From the NCBI GenBank assembly GCA_002633005.1, contig NMRA01000521.1, positions 200,367 to 264,366 of the forward strand: 64,000 nucleotides of DNA, written 5' to 3'. Within the stretch, counting starts at the first letter, position 1, and each line of letters begins with the position of its first letter. The DNA is from Phoronis australis (Eukaryota; Animalia; Phoronida). Positions 1-13,844 of this stretch are shown in pieces. The notes beneath the pieces are model-generated. The model was not told the origin of the DNA. It ran no database searches and was given only the letters and a program-made list of their open reading frames with translations. The position numbers and the translations under genes are program-made.

Positions 1-3000
1 CCCCCCCTCCCCCCAAACCCCACACACAGATGGTTTCCTTGCTTAGGTGACCTCATTTGTCAGATGACAACCTGGAAATTCTGTTAGGTTGCATTTAGCG
101 AGAAGATGTTAAGCTAAGCCTTAACTTCTGATATGTTACTTATCCCTTTGAAATGGTGCTCATAATGAAATTTGATAATTTACAAAACCTAAACTGTTTG
201 CTAGAACAATTCTCTGTTTGAAAACAGAACAGCAGTGTGTCGATCCTCCAGTGCTGAAGGGAGGCTCGTACCACAGGGACAACCCTGAGTTATGGTAGTG
301 AGACTAGCTCTCATTCTCAATACCTGGAGTAACATCATGGACCAGTTGTCATCAGTTGAAACTACTGGGGCATATGATGCACAAATGTACAGTGCAACAG
401 TGAAGTGAAAGGCACTGTTGTCTTCACTTCAGCTTGACTGGAGACAAGCTCAATCTAAAGGCACCTGGGAAGTAGGTCAGCTGGAATTGCAGATATGAAT
501 CAATTCAGGCTGTACTTAGCAGGCCATGACAGGCCTTGCTACTTGCACTAAATGACCCACGGAACCGATTACTGGCCATTGTCTCTAGTTGTCATTAGAT
601 CAACTGATAATCAAAACAAGATAAAGGTTTCCCTGTTAGCCCAGAGCAAAAATGTTCTGATGAGAATGTATAACTAATTAATGTACTATATACATCAGAA
701 AGAGACTCTGCTTTGGCAATAACAATTCCAATTTAGTCCAAACAACCAGTGCTGTTGGAGTCTTCAATTCATTATGCCTTAACTGTTCCTGGGAAAGGGT
801 ATTCCACCTGTTTTTTCATAAGGTGACCAAATAGAATATCTCGAGATCACACCACAGATTCATACCTGGTGACCCTAGAAATGCACTCGCAAAACAGTAA
901 GTGAGCAGAATTTCAGCTGTGCCCCTAGCCATTTAACCTAAATATGACGTGGGGAAATTTTAAGGAGTCATTGGAAAGCCTGTGTGGGTTGGGTCTGATG
1001 TAAATATGGAGGCTCCAACATAATTTAAAGTGAACAAGCTTGCAGCAGTCACGCGTTCTTATATCATAATATCTAATAATCCATGTAGCTTTATTGTGAA
1101 CACATTGTCACATATGACCATGTGGTAACTGGCATAATTTGCACCTTAAACTCACACACAGTTCACAATACAACATTATGCACATAATTAACATAAGGCT
1201 TAGAATGATGTAATCACAGACAAGCCCACATTTTGCACAGAGGCATGTGCACACACCTTCACCTCATAAACATACTGCGTCAGTGGCATGGCTATTTGCA
1301 CGAAGCAAAGTCAAACTCCACAAATTAACGGTACTCTCCAGATTTTTTGCCACGTGGTTGGTTCATTAGATAAAGAAGGCTCTCATTGGTTGATACCATT
1401 GAGAATGAATGTAGCATTATGAACAAACCCAGGTTAATGTTGAATTATAGATGCACTGTTGCATTGTTCATGACCAGAGAGACAAAATCGAATGTTCTAA
1501 CCTACCATCAGACAAAAGACCTTGGACAAATGAGCCACAGAACCAAAATCGGGTAGGCGAGCTCATCAATCTAGCTCATTATGGCGATGTAACAGGAGTT
1601 GCCAGTATCATACATTATTCAAGTAATACTGCAACACCCACAGGTTTAGATATATGACAAGAACATCGTATTCGATGAGATTGTAGATGTCGAGCTGGGT
1701 GCAAAAGAGGAGAATTCCCTACATAGACTCTATACAAATTAAGTACCTTTGGTCAGTTGCAAACAAAAGACAATTAACATGTAGTCAGTCATCTCCCAGT
1801 AATATAAAGAAGCCATCTCCTGCCTAAAGGTCATGAGATAAACCAGGCACAAGTAAACAACAACTGTGGAGGACATAAACATTGGTCATCTGGTCAAAAC
1901 TGTAAACTCTCACACAAACTAAGTTCAGAGAATACAAATGTTAAATTTTAGATAAAACAACTGTACATTACACAAATATTGTAACTGATTGATACCAGAG
2001 GAAAACTAAAAATAATACACGTTTGAATAGGAAAGACTTCCGAAAAAGGGCTTGTCAATTTTGTTTTTTAAACAACACATGGAGTCTTGAAACTGATCAT
2101 GTTTACTTTCCAGTTGCTGTTCCCTTGAGCACCAACATTCATGCCCCAACTAGTTGTACTGTGTATTTACACAAGCAGTAGTTAACGTCATTGAGATCAA
2201 CACTTCATTCTGTGCATGAAAGTCAGGTCTGGACAACTTGTTTTCAAGAAACTTCTCCCCTCAGGTATTTTTAGACACCTGGTGCTCAAGGTAGAGTGAT
2301 AACATCATTCCCAATAGGTCTGTGTTTACATCAGCCCATGGTTGCTCAACACCCTGTTGTCACGTAGTAGGCCTATAGTCTACATGAGTCATTTCATGTC
2401 TGGGTTTTTTTCCAACATGGCAAAAGCCAATTATGCTATCAGGGCAAATGTGGCACAGTGATAAGATTCATAGAAGACAGCGAGAATGTGCACAGTTTCA
2501 TGCTGCAATGAGGTGTATACATATTTTGATATACATGAGGTCTATCTATGACTTGAACCAATTTTCTTCATATTATACTTTCATTACCAAGGGCAACTGC
2601 CAAAAGGGAACATTGTAACAGTCAAAGACAAATGTTGCTAGCAGTACTGGAACTCTAACCAACCAGGAAGACACAGTTCTATACATTTCTGTTTGAAAAT
2701 AAGCCAGGCTAAAGGTCAACCTACTGATAACATCTAAAGAGCCCCTGGAAGTTGAGAGAGGTTGGCCAGTGCAAGCCTGGTCAAGCCCTCAGAGGGTGTA
2801 AGCTGGTTACTAAGGTTAACTATATACCTGCCAGCCATTCAGCAACACCAAGATCTTGCTAAAAAGCAAGACTGCGAGATTACATGAGATATTGCCATGT
2901 ATTTTAAATAAGAGGTCCTAGCGTTACTGAACTCTACCCAGACTTCAAGTTCCGGTGGCCGTACTATTTATTACTAACTTTGCACCAGGAATGGTAAACT

Positions 3001-3189
3001 GGACTGGACTGAACATAGGTACAGTTCAAGGGTTTGAGCATTTTTAGAGCCAGTTTTCTCCACTGAATAATGGCCATCAAACTGGTTCTCAAATTGATGG
3101 ACCCCTGTAAGTGTCTATTGCTAAGTAACTTTCCAACTGAATTGGGAGTCACTGTCTCGAGTAAATGCCTCAGTTTTTGGGCAGGATAT

Positions 3190-3262
3190 TGGCTCCCATA
3201 CCCTCAAAAAAAAATTTGAAATCACATGAAATTCCCCAAATAAGCCCAAAGATTTCCACCTT
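3190..3262 (+). repeat. Old interspersed repeat fragment, homologous to 9142-9213
   Basis: GGCTCCCATACCCTCAAAAAAAAATTTGAAATCACATGAAATTCCCC aligns with GGCTCCATTCCCCTCTGAAAAATATTGAAAAATCACATGAAACTTCCC. Confidence 0.6.
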
Positions 3263-6200
3263 TAACTCACAGTCACCTCTAATCGATGATGACTCAGAGG
3301 GATTTTCTCACCTGAAAAAATCCACCCAGGTCAGAGATATTCAACTTTCCCATCAGTTTAGAGAGCCTTGACATATGACATAAATTCTCATTAGATAATC
3401 TTGTCACAGACGATGGAAGCCCAAGTATTACAAGAAACCCAGTAAACATGGTGGCTGGGAGTGAGATTTATTCCTCAGGGGAAGAAATAAATCCCATGAG
3501 TATCTGGCTAGAAAACAAACAAATCAAAAATGACTAGTGAGGGACTTGTAGGTCTGTGTACAGGGAAGACCTGTCAATCAAATATTACCTTTCCAGTCAG
3601 GAGGGAATAGAATTACTGACATAATTATGCCTCTTCACTAATAATAACTGTGAGCTATTGCAAACAAGGAATTGTTTGCCAAATGTATGTTTTAGCCCTT
3701 TGCCAAGGTCATTCATCTAAGCTCATTAACCAATGTCAGAAAGGAAATTATTTGGTTCCTCTTTTGGAACATAGGTGGTGCAATCGCATGCATAGCCAGC
3801 CAGCTTTGGAGTTGACACTGAAACTGAAAGGTGACTGAAACAGAATGACCAGATACTACATGGTCAACATTGCATTTCATTTTTACGATAAAAACCAAGC
3901 ATATATGATTCAAGCTATTAACATCAGTCAAACCCATGTCGTCCATGGGCCAAGTAATTGTAAAGTACTCATTTGTCACACCTGAGTTAGTTGAAAACGA
4001 CTACACAGCAAAATAACATGTCAAGGCTAAACTAGCTGTTATAGTGCCTTTCTCATGTGAAATTTAGTGCAAGCTTTTCCTCTATAATTTTAACCAGAAA
4101 AATGTTTACATTGGGACAGGAGTTACCCAGTGTTTTGAATTCCACCAAATGTGCTTGGACTAAAACCATAAAATGTTACCAGTTAGGACAATTTGTTTAC
4201 TCAAATAAGAAGAGTGTAGTCACTACTGTAGTGTCAATCTCTGCCAATAGGAGCAACAAAAGTACCAGTATTCCAATAGTCAACAGGAATCCTAGGACAA
4301 GACCATTTGTGTAAGTTATCCAGTTTATTTTTTCCTGAAATATTTCCAGGATATCGAAATACATGACAACATAGCTAGTGTTACTGTTAGGTATCTTTTG
4401 GTGTGATAACAGATTAAATAGAACAGAGGGTACAACAATATGGAACAAAAACTGTACTCAACAGCCCTGCAACAAATTTTAACTTATGGATTCCAATATG
4501 TAGGTCACCAGTTTGTTCTGACCTTTCACCTCTATGCACACTGTCATGTGTCTCAGTCTTGATTTGACACTGCAGGCACAGCATCAACCAACAAGCCTGA
4601 GTTTTTTATTACACACTTAATTGGAAGCACCACTGGAGCTCTATGTCAAAGGTCAGGGCACCTGCTGTGAATCTAACACCACCAGCCAATTAAAGACAAG
4701 TCATGTTGCCAACTGCTTCAGGAGACATGGCTGACTAGGAAGAGATGGCAAGAGTGAAATCCAATATGGACCATTATCAACTCCAAAACAGGAGCTGAGC
4801 TGCCACTTTTTGTAACTGAATTAACTTCACATGAAGACTGAGCAGAATGAGGTCAACCAGTTGCCACTTAAAGCCACTACAAGAAGGTTTGCAATCCAAG
4901 AAGCCAACTTTTAATTTAGATCACTTACATACAGCTAAAAAAAATTGTTCAACTTTTCCCTTACCCACATGGGCTTGCAAATAACTGGCATGTTGTTATT
5001 CCATGCTATTACACTCAGTGCAAAGAATGAAACACAGTGCCAAGGCAACTTGCAGGGCCTGCTCTCAAGCAATTTACTAAGTCCTGTGAAATAACCTCCA
5101 ATTGGACAAAGGAATTATTTGAAACAAATTTCATAGCCATAACTGGTCCAAGGCCGACGTTACTTTTTGTCATGGAAGTCAGGTTTAATGACAGAATCCT
5201 GACCAAGTGACGTCTTTTGAAATACAGGAGGCTCATAGCTAATGAGAAAATTGAGACAACCTCAATTAAAATGCAGCTAGAAATGAACAAGACCAAAGAA
5301 AACCTGTGTAAGACTAATTAGATTATGTTAAGCCTCACCTTAGCAATAATGAAAGCTATTGTCAACTGAGTGTGCCTGTCAAAGCCAGACATCAGTACTC
5401 ACAATCAGAGAAAAGTAACTGACAGTGACCAACAGTGCACCTTCTAGCTCTCAGGTCTCTCCTTATTGGCTGTCCAAGATGGTCTAGCATCCCTGTGGGT
5501 CCTGTCAGGTAAATTAGCTCAGACCAGCAATGCCAAACTCATGCTGTAATAATATCAAGCCTGCATTTATGTTACCTGCAGGACAAACTTTTTACTTCAT
5601 TGCCGAAAATGCCGCAACACTATTTTCCATGAAAAGCGGCCTGGCGAATTAAAGACGTCATTTATTTTGAGGAAGCACATACTCCATTAAAAGATTCTTG
5701 TCTGGAATGGCATATGCAAATAAATGTAACGTGACAACAAAGTTTTCTAAGTCAGTTCAATAGTTTTTGGACAGCCTGGTCGATTCCTGTCAGTAGTAGG
5801 CATGCAAAATTAACCAGATAACATTCTATCACACAATAGTTTCGATCAGCCATGTGAAGGGCCACAAATAAAAGAACTGAAACATTTTCAGTCAGAACGA
5901 ATGTTTGGTCAAATGTAACTTGAATAGAGAAGGATCTGCAATGCCACAGTGTATGTTCCCAGAGACATCGAGGACCAAAGCCTTAGATAGGGTTTAAACT
6001 CAATCTGAGAACAGGGAGGCACCTCAGGGACACACTAGACTTACAGGAATCTACCTCATGTCCTGGGAATGCAGTAAACTCTCCATATCCAAGAATCCAA
6101 CATGCTAAGGAAGTGACACAATCTTTTGTGGTGAAAGCCACAAAAGCAACATCCAAGCATAAGGGTTTTTTTGCGGTCAGCAAAAGTGTGGAAGCCATCC

Positions 6201-7429
6201 AAAATGTCGATTTCGCGCATTGTCAAAATGTGTGTTCAATACCATACACCCAATAAAGTCTTGTATTAGAATAACAACAAATATTTGTTCAGGGATTTCC
6301 AAGGTGGATAAAGATCAATTCTAAGAGAGTTCCTCAGAGTCATGTACAGTTGTTGGCATTGACCAATAGGTTTCGGGCTGTGCATGGTCCACTGCTTCTG
6401 AGCTGGATGAACACAGAGACAAACAAGAACATAACTAGGCAACAACCAAAGTCACAACTATAATGAACATCTTTCTGTAAGAAAACAACCTAGATGGACC
6501 ACATTTCCAAACTGGCAGAGCTTGACTTCTATGCCAGTTTCACAAAACAGACAAAACCGAGAAGAGATAGCTGATTGACATAAAAACTAAAATAGGAGGT
6601 GCTTCTAGCTGGCACATGTTTTGCTTATCAACAAGAGACACTGGTCTATTTACTTTCTAAACACCCTCTCTCAAAATAGCCTGTCCCAAGGCCTCAGGTG
6701 GCCCTTTGTTTGCCACTGGGTGTTGCTGACTTAATAAATAAAAAAATTTCTCTCTGACCTCATTGTTGAGATGTTGCTTTTGTTCTCCATGGGGAGATCT
6801 TCATGAAATTCGATCACGTGGCAGAATCCCCAGGCTAATCCATCACAACTCCTTGCACACACTAGGCAACACACAACAACAAGAAGCATCAAGTCCTTTC
6901 AGAGCAAGATCGCTTTCAAAAATAGTTTACTTTTACTGATCAATAATAAACTTCCTTCACTCTCATTCATTCCCAAACATACAGGCAATGCAGAAGGAAC
7001 CCAAAGCAAGAGTTGTATTTAAGAATAACATTCTGACAAGGATTAGAGATTGATCTAAGGATTAGAGATTGATCTAAGTTATAACAGACACAGAGAGCCT
7101 ATATGAACATTCAGTCACAGTCGCCTGATTGAATGGTAACTATATATTGTAAATCAGTTTAAGTGATAAAATCGATTAATTCCCTTGAACCAATCAAAGA
7201 CCATATCGCTCAACATGACCAATCTACAGAAGTGAGATTTAAGGCAACTAACATTCAGACATAAATCATAAGGCAGCACACAACTTATAAGCTTCAAAGG
7301 AGCCAGACTACAAGACGTATCGCACTGTTTCTTCTAAGCCAGACTTATACTTGAGGAGACCTCATGACCCACTAGTGCAAGGGCACCACCCAACAAATTT
7401 ACTTCAACATGGAGAAAATGTACACAATA

Positions 7430-8870
7430 GCTCACTTGCGAGTTTCCAGTTAGTCAATGTGACGTCACCTGAAGGAGGGCAAATCCCGCCATATTGTTCT
7501 TGTTTTGCCCGGAGTCTTTGCTACACACACGAAATCTTACTGGAGTTCTCATGGTGAATGTTACGCTTAAAACTTTAACACGATTTAAGGGATTGTAGAT
7601 GGATCGTGGAATAACTGTGACTGGACGAAGAAAATGTGAACTTCTTATGTTGTAAGAAGCTGTGAACGGATTGAAATTGGAACTCGACCTGGTCTAGGCC
7701 TGAATGCTTCAGGCATACAGGGGCGATGGTATATCCCCATAAAAAGTTACTCAATTCAAAAAACAGCACATAAAATCAATAGCAACATGCATATGCCCAC
7801 ATAGAGTTATAATTAGCACATACTCTGACTCTGGATACAATTTAGTCTACAAATAACTTGAACATATCCATGAAAACCTTGCGGTTCGCTCGAGTTTCTA
7901 TCACCAGGCGCCATTTTGAGGAAGTTATGTCAAATCAAGCCTGTTGACAAACAAAAAGTCCAAGGGACACAAATCTTACAAATTTCACTTGATATTTTCC
8001 TATGCTAATGTGCACGTGTCACGTGCCAGGTCATGCGCTTCGCTCAGACTTGCGCTAGCCTTTGCCTTATACTCACCCGACTCAATTGAAATACTTTGTG
8101 ATTATTGCGCGCGCGGTCAAAGTTAACGGTAACCAAAAAGTGGAGTTGGAATTCTTCGCCAAAGTCACCTGAATTTCCATAGCTATGCTTCATCGAAGAT
8201 ATCTTTAGTAGGAGAAAGGATTGGTGAAGAAAGTAAGCGATTTTTTAGGTGATAATTCTAGGTGTAGAATGTATTTTTGACGAAGTGAAAACTTAATCAT
8301 TGAGCGGATTTCGCCTACTGCCCGTTTAAAATACACGGGACGAAATTAGTACAGAAAGCGATGGAATGTATTGTAGTGCGAATCTGAATTTCATTTGCCA
8401 TAACAACAATGCTTGTTTGGCATTTTTCACACTAAAAGATTAAAAACTCGAAGTAAACAACAGAATACACTCTGCTACCGAATCGGGCAAATGGCAAAAC
8501 GACAAGCTTTTGCCCCACTTCCGGTGACGTCACAGTTAAGTCTCACATAATTTCGCGTTATTGTTATAAATTTGCAAAAGGACTATTGCTGCAATGCCCA
8601 ACACCCATATCAGTACAACAACTTGGGGAGCCTTGCATGCCAAATATAGCCACAAGGTGGCGTTCACTCACCTGATTCCTCTGATACTTCAGAGATGGAG
8701 GCCGTAGACACGGTGGAGATACTGCACTCGCTAATAGTGCGCTCCTGCCTCAGTCGGTAGTGGCCTTGCTCTAGCTGTTCCAGTCGCCTCATTAGGTGAC
8801 GGTGTTCCCTGGCTAACTGCTCTTTTATCAACGCATTTTTACGTTCTTTTTCTTCTAGTGCCTGTGAAAA
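7430..8870. promoter_or_regulatory. CpG-retaining promoter-like island overlapping Mxd exon 5 and the following intron
   Basis: CpG-rich relative to its flanks. Motifs: CRE TGACGTCA 7460, YY1 CGCCATTTT 7909, tandem E-boxes CACGTG 8013 and 8020, ETS ACTTCCGG 8517 abutting CRE 8525, and CTCF-like CCACAAGGTGGCG 8650. Confidence 0.55.
8672..8861 (-). CDS. MXD: Max dimerization protein, exon 5: leucine zipper and Ser-rich segment
   Basis: Acceptor CACAG, then ALEEKERKNALIKEQLAREHRHLMRRLEQLEQGHYRLRQERTISECSISTVSTASISEVSEES plus 1 nt, donor GTGAGT. Heptad leucines present. No stop before the donor, so another exon is expected. Confidence 0.93.
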
Positions 8871-9141
8871 ATAATTTCAAAGGTGTTCCTAAAACATTCC
8901 TAATTAACATGGAAAGTAAGATTTTTGTCTCTGAGAATACAGTTGGCTGATTTTTCCTCCATGACAATGTGTTGATTGCCTACATGTATTTGCATGAACT
9001 GTAACCGCATGGCCAGTTTCACTTCATGGAATATATTTAAGGCGAGTGAGCTATATCTCGATATGGAGTTTTTTCAATGTGTAAACCAAACTGGCAAATT
9101 GTTCCAAGGCCCTCAATCCCTCGAGTCTGGGGCCGCATTTC

Positions 9142-9213
9142 GGCTCCATTCCCCTCTGAAAAATATTGAAAAATCACATGAAACTTCCCTCATGAGGTCC
9201 ACAAATTCCCCTC
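9142..9213 (+). repeat. Old interspersed repeat fragment, homologous to 3190-3262
   Basis: Same alignment as the 3190-3262 feature. Confidence 0.6.
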
Positions 9214-10543
9214 AAGTGATTGAAAAATTCTCCTCCAGGTTCGAATCACTTGTAACTCACACAGGTGACAATTTGAAAGAGCATAAAATTTTAGTCTTAC
9301 CTACTTGAGGCAAAGCCTATGAGTGCTTGCAACAGGGTGGGGGATGCTACTGAAGGTGATCGGGAAGTAGAATATTCCCCTCACCCCAAAAAATTACCCT
9401 CTAAGAAGGCACAGGCACCTTTAACCACGGATGAATGAGGGCACTGTGTTCAGACATACTGCTGCACTAAAACACTTTTCCACCTTCTTTTTCAATTTTG
9501 CATTTTTGCTATAGGCAGGAATCTGCTTTCAATTTATTTTTAACTAATCCACAGGTTCTTTTGCATTTCCAAACTTATGCATGTTTACTCCTAAGTGGAT
9601 TGCTATGCGGATACCTGGCCTGCAGGTTTGAGTCCTTCTATAACGACAAACAAAGTTCAAGGATCCATCCTAAACTGAGACTGCGAATTCCTTCTCACAA
9701 GGTGCAGACCCAGTAAATGATCCATATTCTTGGCCAGTGAAAGGAATGAAACTGTGCTGTCTACATTGCCCAAGTGTTCAGCACCTTGACATGGCTTCAG
9801 CTAATGGCAAACCTAAGCTAGTCCTCCAATATCACTCTAGTGTTTGTAAACACTGAGAGCTATATTTACAGATGACCTACTCTGATCAATACCAGGGAGC
9901 AGGCCAGAAAAAACAAGATATATAGGTAGATAGGAAAGTGTTGATATCAGTTAGCCTGGGTTAGCTTAAGGTAACTGCTAGGAAAAGTACAAGTTGATGG
10001 TACTTCTTCTCATGGCTAGCCAGATATATGCAGACTGAGCACATTTCGAGGGGAGATTGTAACAACATGAAAAATTACCTGTGTAGTCCAGCCTAGATAT
10101 TCATGAACTTGAGTCCACAGGCAGACAATAGGGTCATCCCAGATAACACAGCAATAGAACTCTCCTTTGTCCCAGAGGTAAGAAAGTGCATTGTTTTCAT
10201 TGACTTAGTTTCCCATGGATATTTGTCAGATTTATCTAACTTTCTCTCATCAGAGGTGTACTGCCACACCATAGCGATAATACTCTGTGGCATTTTGAGA
10301 ACCATTTTTTTCCACTCAATAACAGGCATCAAACAGGTTCTCAAATCCGAAAATGGTATAACAATATAACTTCATCCATTGCTTGTACTTTTTGTACTCA
10401 TTCTCATGAGAATCATCTAACCAAAACAAACCGAATGCCAAAATGAGTGCTCAAAATACTAGGTATGTAGTAAGCAGCATGTCCATGAGAATCTGTTTCC
10501 ATATCTTCATATTAGAGAGAACAACCAATACAAACCAACTGAC

Positions 10544-10658
10544 CTTTATAAAAGCCTTAGCTTTAGTGAGTAAGCCCAGAGTTGTATGTCTAGAGGAGTC
10601 GGGACCGAGGGGCACCGCCTCTTTTAGTCGCTCAAGACAGTTGCGCAGATGAGCTCTC
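10544..10658 (-). CDS. MXD: Max dimerization protein, exon 4: helix-loop-helix
   Basis: Poly-T tract and CAG acceptor, then [38 protein letters not shown], donor GTCAGT. Classic Mad/Mxi1 HLH. 115 nt (1 nt + 38 codons). Confidence 0.96.
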
Positions 10659-13169
10659 CTGAAAAAAAAAAACAATTGTTCACTGTTTCTAACAACCAAG
10701 ACTGGCACAAGTGATCACAACATGAATGTAAGTTGTAGAAAACGAGACTACACAAAAATGAAGTGTGTCGTTTTCCTGTTGTATTGTATGCATATCTCAC
10801 AGCATTTGGATGCATGGGAATAGTGTCCTAAATATATTAAAATAACCCTGCTCAAACTCGACTCAGATTGCGTGATATTAACATTCCCAAGGAAGTGATA
10901 AGAAGATAGGTTTGATTGACACTTGGCTATCACCTGAACTACTGATATGACATATCAGATCATAGACAATGGCAAACCAGTCTGACCTTCAATCAAGGCA
11001 TATCAAAGTGACATCTAGACCAGAAACCCTTGGATCCTATATGGGTGTGCAATAAACTGAGCAGTATCAAATTTGGATAATGCCCCACACACACTCTCAC
11101 ACAACCTGAACAAATGCACACCTAGACAGTGGACATGTCCTGGGTTACCACATGACGTCAGTAAGAGGTTAGAAGTGTGCCTCGGATCACGTGCAACAGG
11201 ACTAGAGACAAATTGTGTCGGTGTGTGCAAAGTCTGATGAGGATATATGCACACAGACAAATACCACTGATCAATATGCACCGAAGGGATAGAATACCAT
11301 GAAGGGAAATGATAAAACACCAGAGATCAGGAAGTTTGCGGCTGTACTCAACGTTTGTACCTTGAATACCAAGAATTGATATGTAAGATCTTTCCACTAG
11401 ATGACATCATAATCATTAAGGGTCAGTCTACTCTCCTCCACCACAAAATAGGCAATGGAACAATAAGATGGGGTTATTATGCTATGCCTTGTTTCTCTAA
11501 CAGTTGCCTAGCACTCCTCAATCTGTGCTATCGAGACCATCAAAAGCAATATGTAAAATGTACTACAGTATTTTCAAATAGGTATCACTGTTCTGAAATT
11601 TTCTGACTCCCTGTCCAAAATATGGCACTTATTACAGATTACGAAACTTTGTGCCAAATCAATACATTAAGTTATTTACATCTTCACAAAAAATGAGTGA
11701 AAGCCAGGTCGAAGGAGTTCCAAATGCGTAATTCATTCCAAATTATGATAAATAGAATGATTTTTGAGGTGGAAAATGCAAAACCCAAGTCGAAAATCTT
11801 GACTCAGCAGCAATTTAACCTTGATCTAAAATCTATAAATGGTTTATCCTAATCTAAAGGTTTGCTGGAGTAGGTTATGACTTTAACATGGAATATCTAA
11901 TGTCTTTAAATAAAGAAAGTGACTAGTCACCTTACATCTCAGCCAAATAAGCTGGTTTTGGCTGCTGTTCACCCAACACACTTTTCAGCAAGATCATTGG
12001 TCAATAGATGTCACCTAGTAATCTTGTCAACAAAAAAAAACGATTATTGCTAATCATCCATAGAACTTTTGCACATTATGGTAATGCAAATACGAGGCAA
12101 GTCCAAAATTTTACAAAAAATAATTGCACTGTCACGATGAGTAGTATGAGATGACCAATTAGATATACTATACTTAAGCACAACTAGACAAACAGTAGGA
12201 CCTAGACAAAAACGAAAACACTTTGTGTGAGGTGGGTTTCATTTCGAGTATCCGTTTACAAGTGGAGATCGTTTCTGTCTTCAAAGCATTGATTTTGTCA
12301 ATTTTTTAAGTTAAAACAGTAGTCCGACAAACTAAAAAATATAATTCTCAATTCTGATTAGCTGCTAATGCCTCATTTTCATTTGCACCTCTGGAGTTAT
12401 GACCCTTAAAAGTTTGCCAGGTGAATAGCAAAAATCCAATTATTTGTTGACAATGAGGTCTATCAATGAGAGCCTTGAAAATTTGTCAGGTGATTACATA
12501 GACCTGAATGGGTGTGACCACCATGATGATGGTTAATGGGCCTGTGATTGTTGGATTAATAGCAAAAATCTGATTATTTGTCTGACAAGTTTGTGATGTT
12601 AAATTAACTTATGTTGTCAGGAAAGTCTGTCAAAAAATAGTAAAAATCTCACTACTTGACTGACAATGTGAAGTTGCGTAAGCCAATGAAATCATTGAAA
12701 ATTTTGTTTGGTGAATATCAGATACCTAATTATTCAACACAGAACATATGACATCACAAGAATCCACGAATGGAATGGTTGAACAATTTGAGAGGTAAGC
12801 AAGGACCATCTTAATTTGACCAACCTGATGGTTAAACAGCAAAACAGGCTTATATGGCCAACTTGTAGGTCTTAAGTAAAAGTGACTTGATTTTCCAAAT
12901 ACAATTTCATTATCAGTTAACTTTTAGAACCTTAAAATGCCAGTGTGTACTTCAGCAACCATACCCCAGGAGTCAAACAAAGTTCAAGGAAATAGTGTGA
13001 ACAGACTATTTCCTGGACAAGCATTTAGGATGTACACACAATAACTGCACCTACAATCAGGGCTTCATACACTTGATATGAGGTACCCAAAAAGGAGTTA
13101 CCAACATTGTCAGGTCATGGATGACCAATGACACACCACCACACTTTTATGACCACAACTCAACTTGTT

Positions 13170-13240
13170 ATAAGCCTGGTATGTTACTATGCACACCAGG
13201 GACTGTAAGCCTGGTATGTTACTGTGCACACCAGGGACTG
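13170..13240. repeat. Local 35-bp tandem duplication
   Basis: TAAGCCTGGTATGTTACT(A/G)TGCACACCAGGGACTG occurs twice. Confidence 0.85.
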
Positions 13241-13844
13241 CAACACATTACACCTTATCTTATTTCAACTTTTAATAGACACAGTGCAGTGAGATGCCAG
13301 AGCTGATCCTGCCATCCTGAAAGAGACACTAATGCTTTCTCTCTTACTTTACTCTGGACCTTTACTGGGCTGTACAGATGCTAAACAGAACACCCAAATA
13401 CTGAACAAGGTGTCCTAGCAAGGGTATCTGAATTTGGGTTGGGGTGTCCATTTGATGGCCAAGAGACTGGGAGAAAAAAAGCCTACTGACTATTTAACCA
13501 GTCTGGTGCCTGCTGTGTACCACAGCATGCACTGTACACAAGAGGAAAGTCTGACAGTTATTAGCTCTAGGCTGACAGAATACCTCAAAGAATTAACCCA
13601 GAAACAACAGCTTGTGCATAGACTGCACACAATTACTGAACAATGGTATGAGTTGACCTTCTGTGGATGTCCATTCATGTGAGTGTGCTGGATACTTTGG
13701 ATGTTTGCCTAGGTGCAGTGGGGTGAGAGTTGGATTATTGTCTATGAGATGCAATGAGAACTCAAGCAGACACCAACACCAATTTGCACTCAGCAATGGA
13801 AAGTCCACTATTTAGAGAACCTTCCTTGTCTCATTTACAAGGTA

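Noticed and set aside
1-7300. Short 60-90 aa ORFs as exons of another gene
   Set aside because: No recognisable motifs or consistent splice chain; lengths are compatible with chance.
9590-9810. Possible tRNA-derived SINE (GGTTTGAGTCC, B-box-like)
   Set aside because: No clear A-box, cloverleaf, tail or TSD, and no second copy in the window. Too weak without a repeat library.
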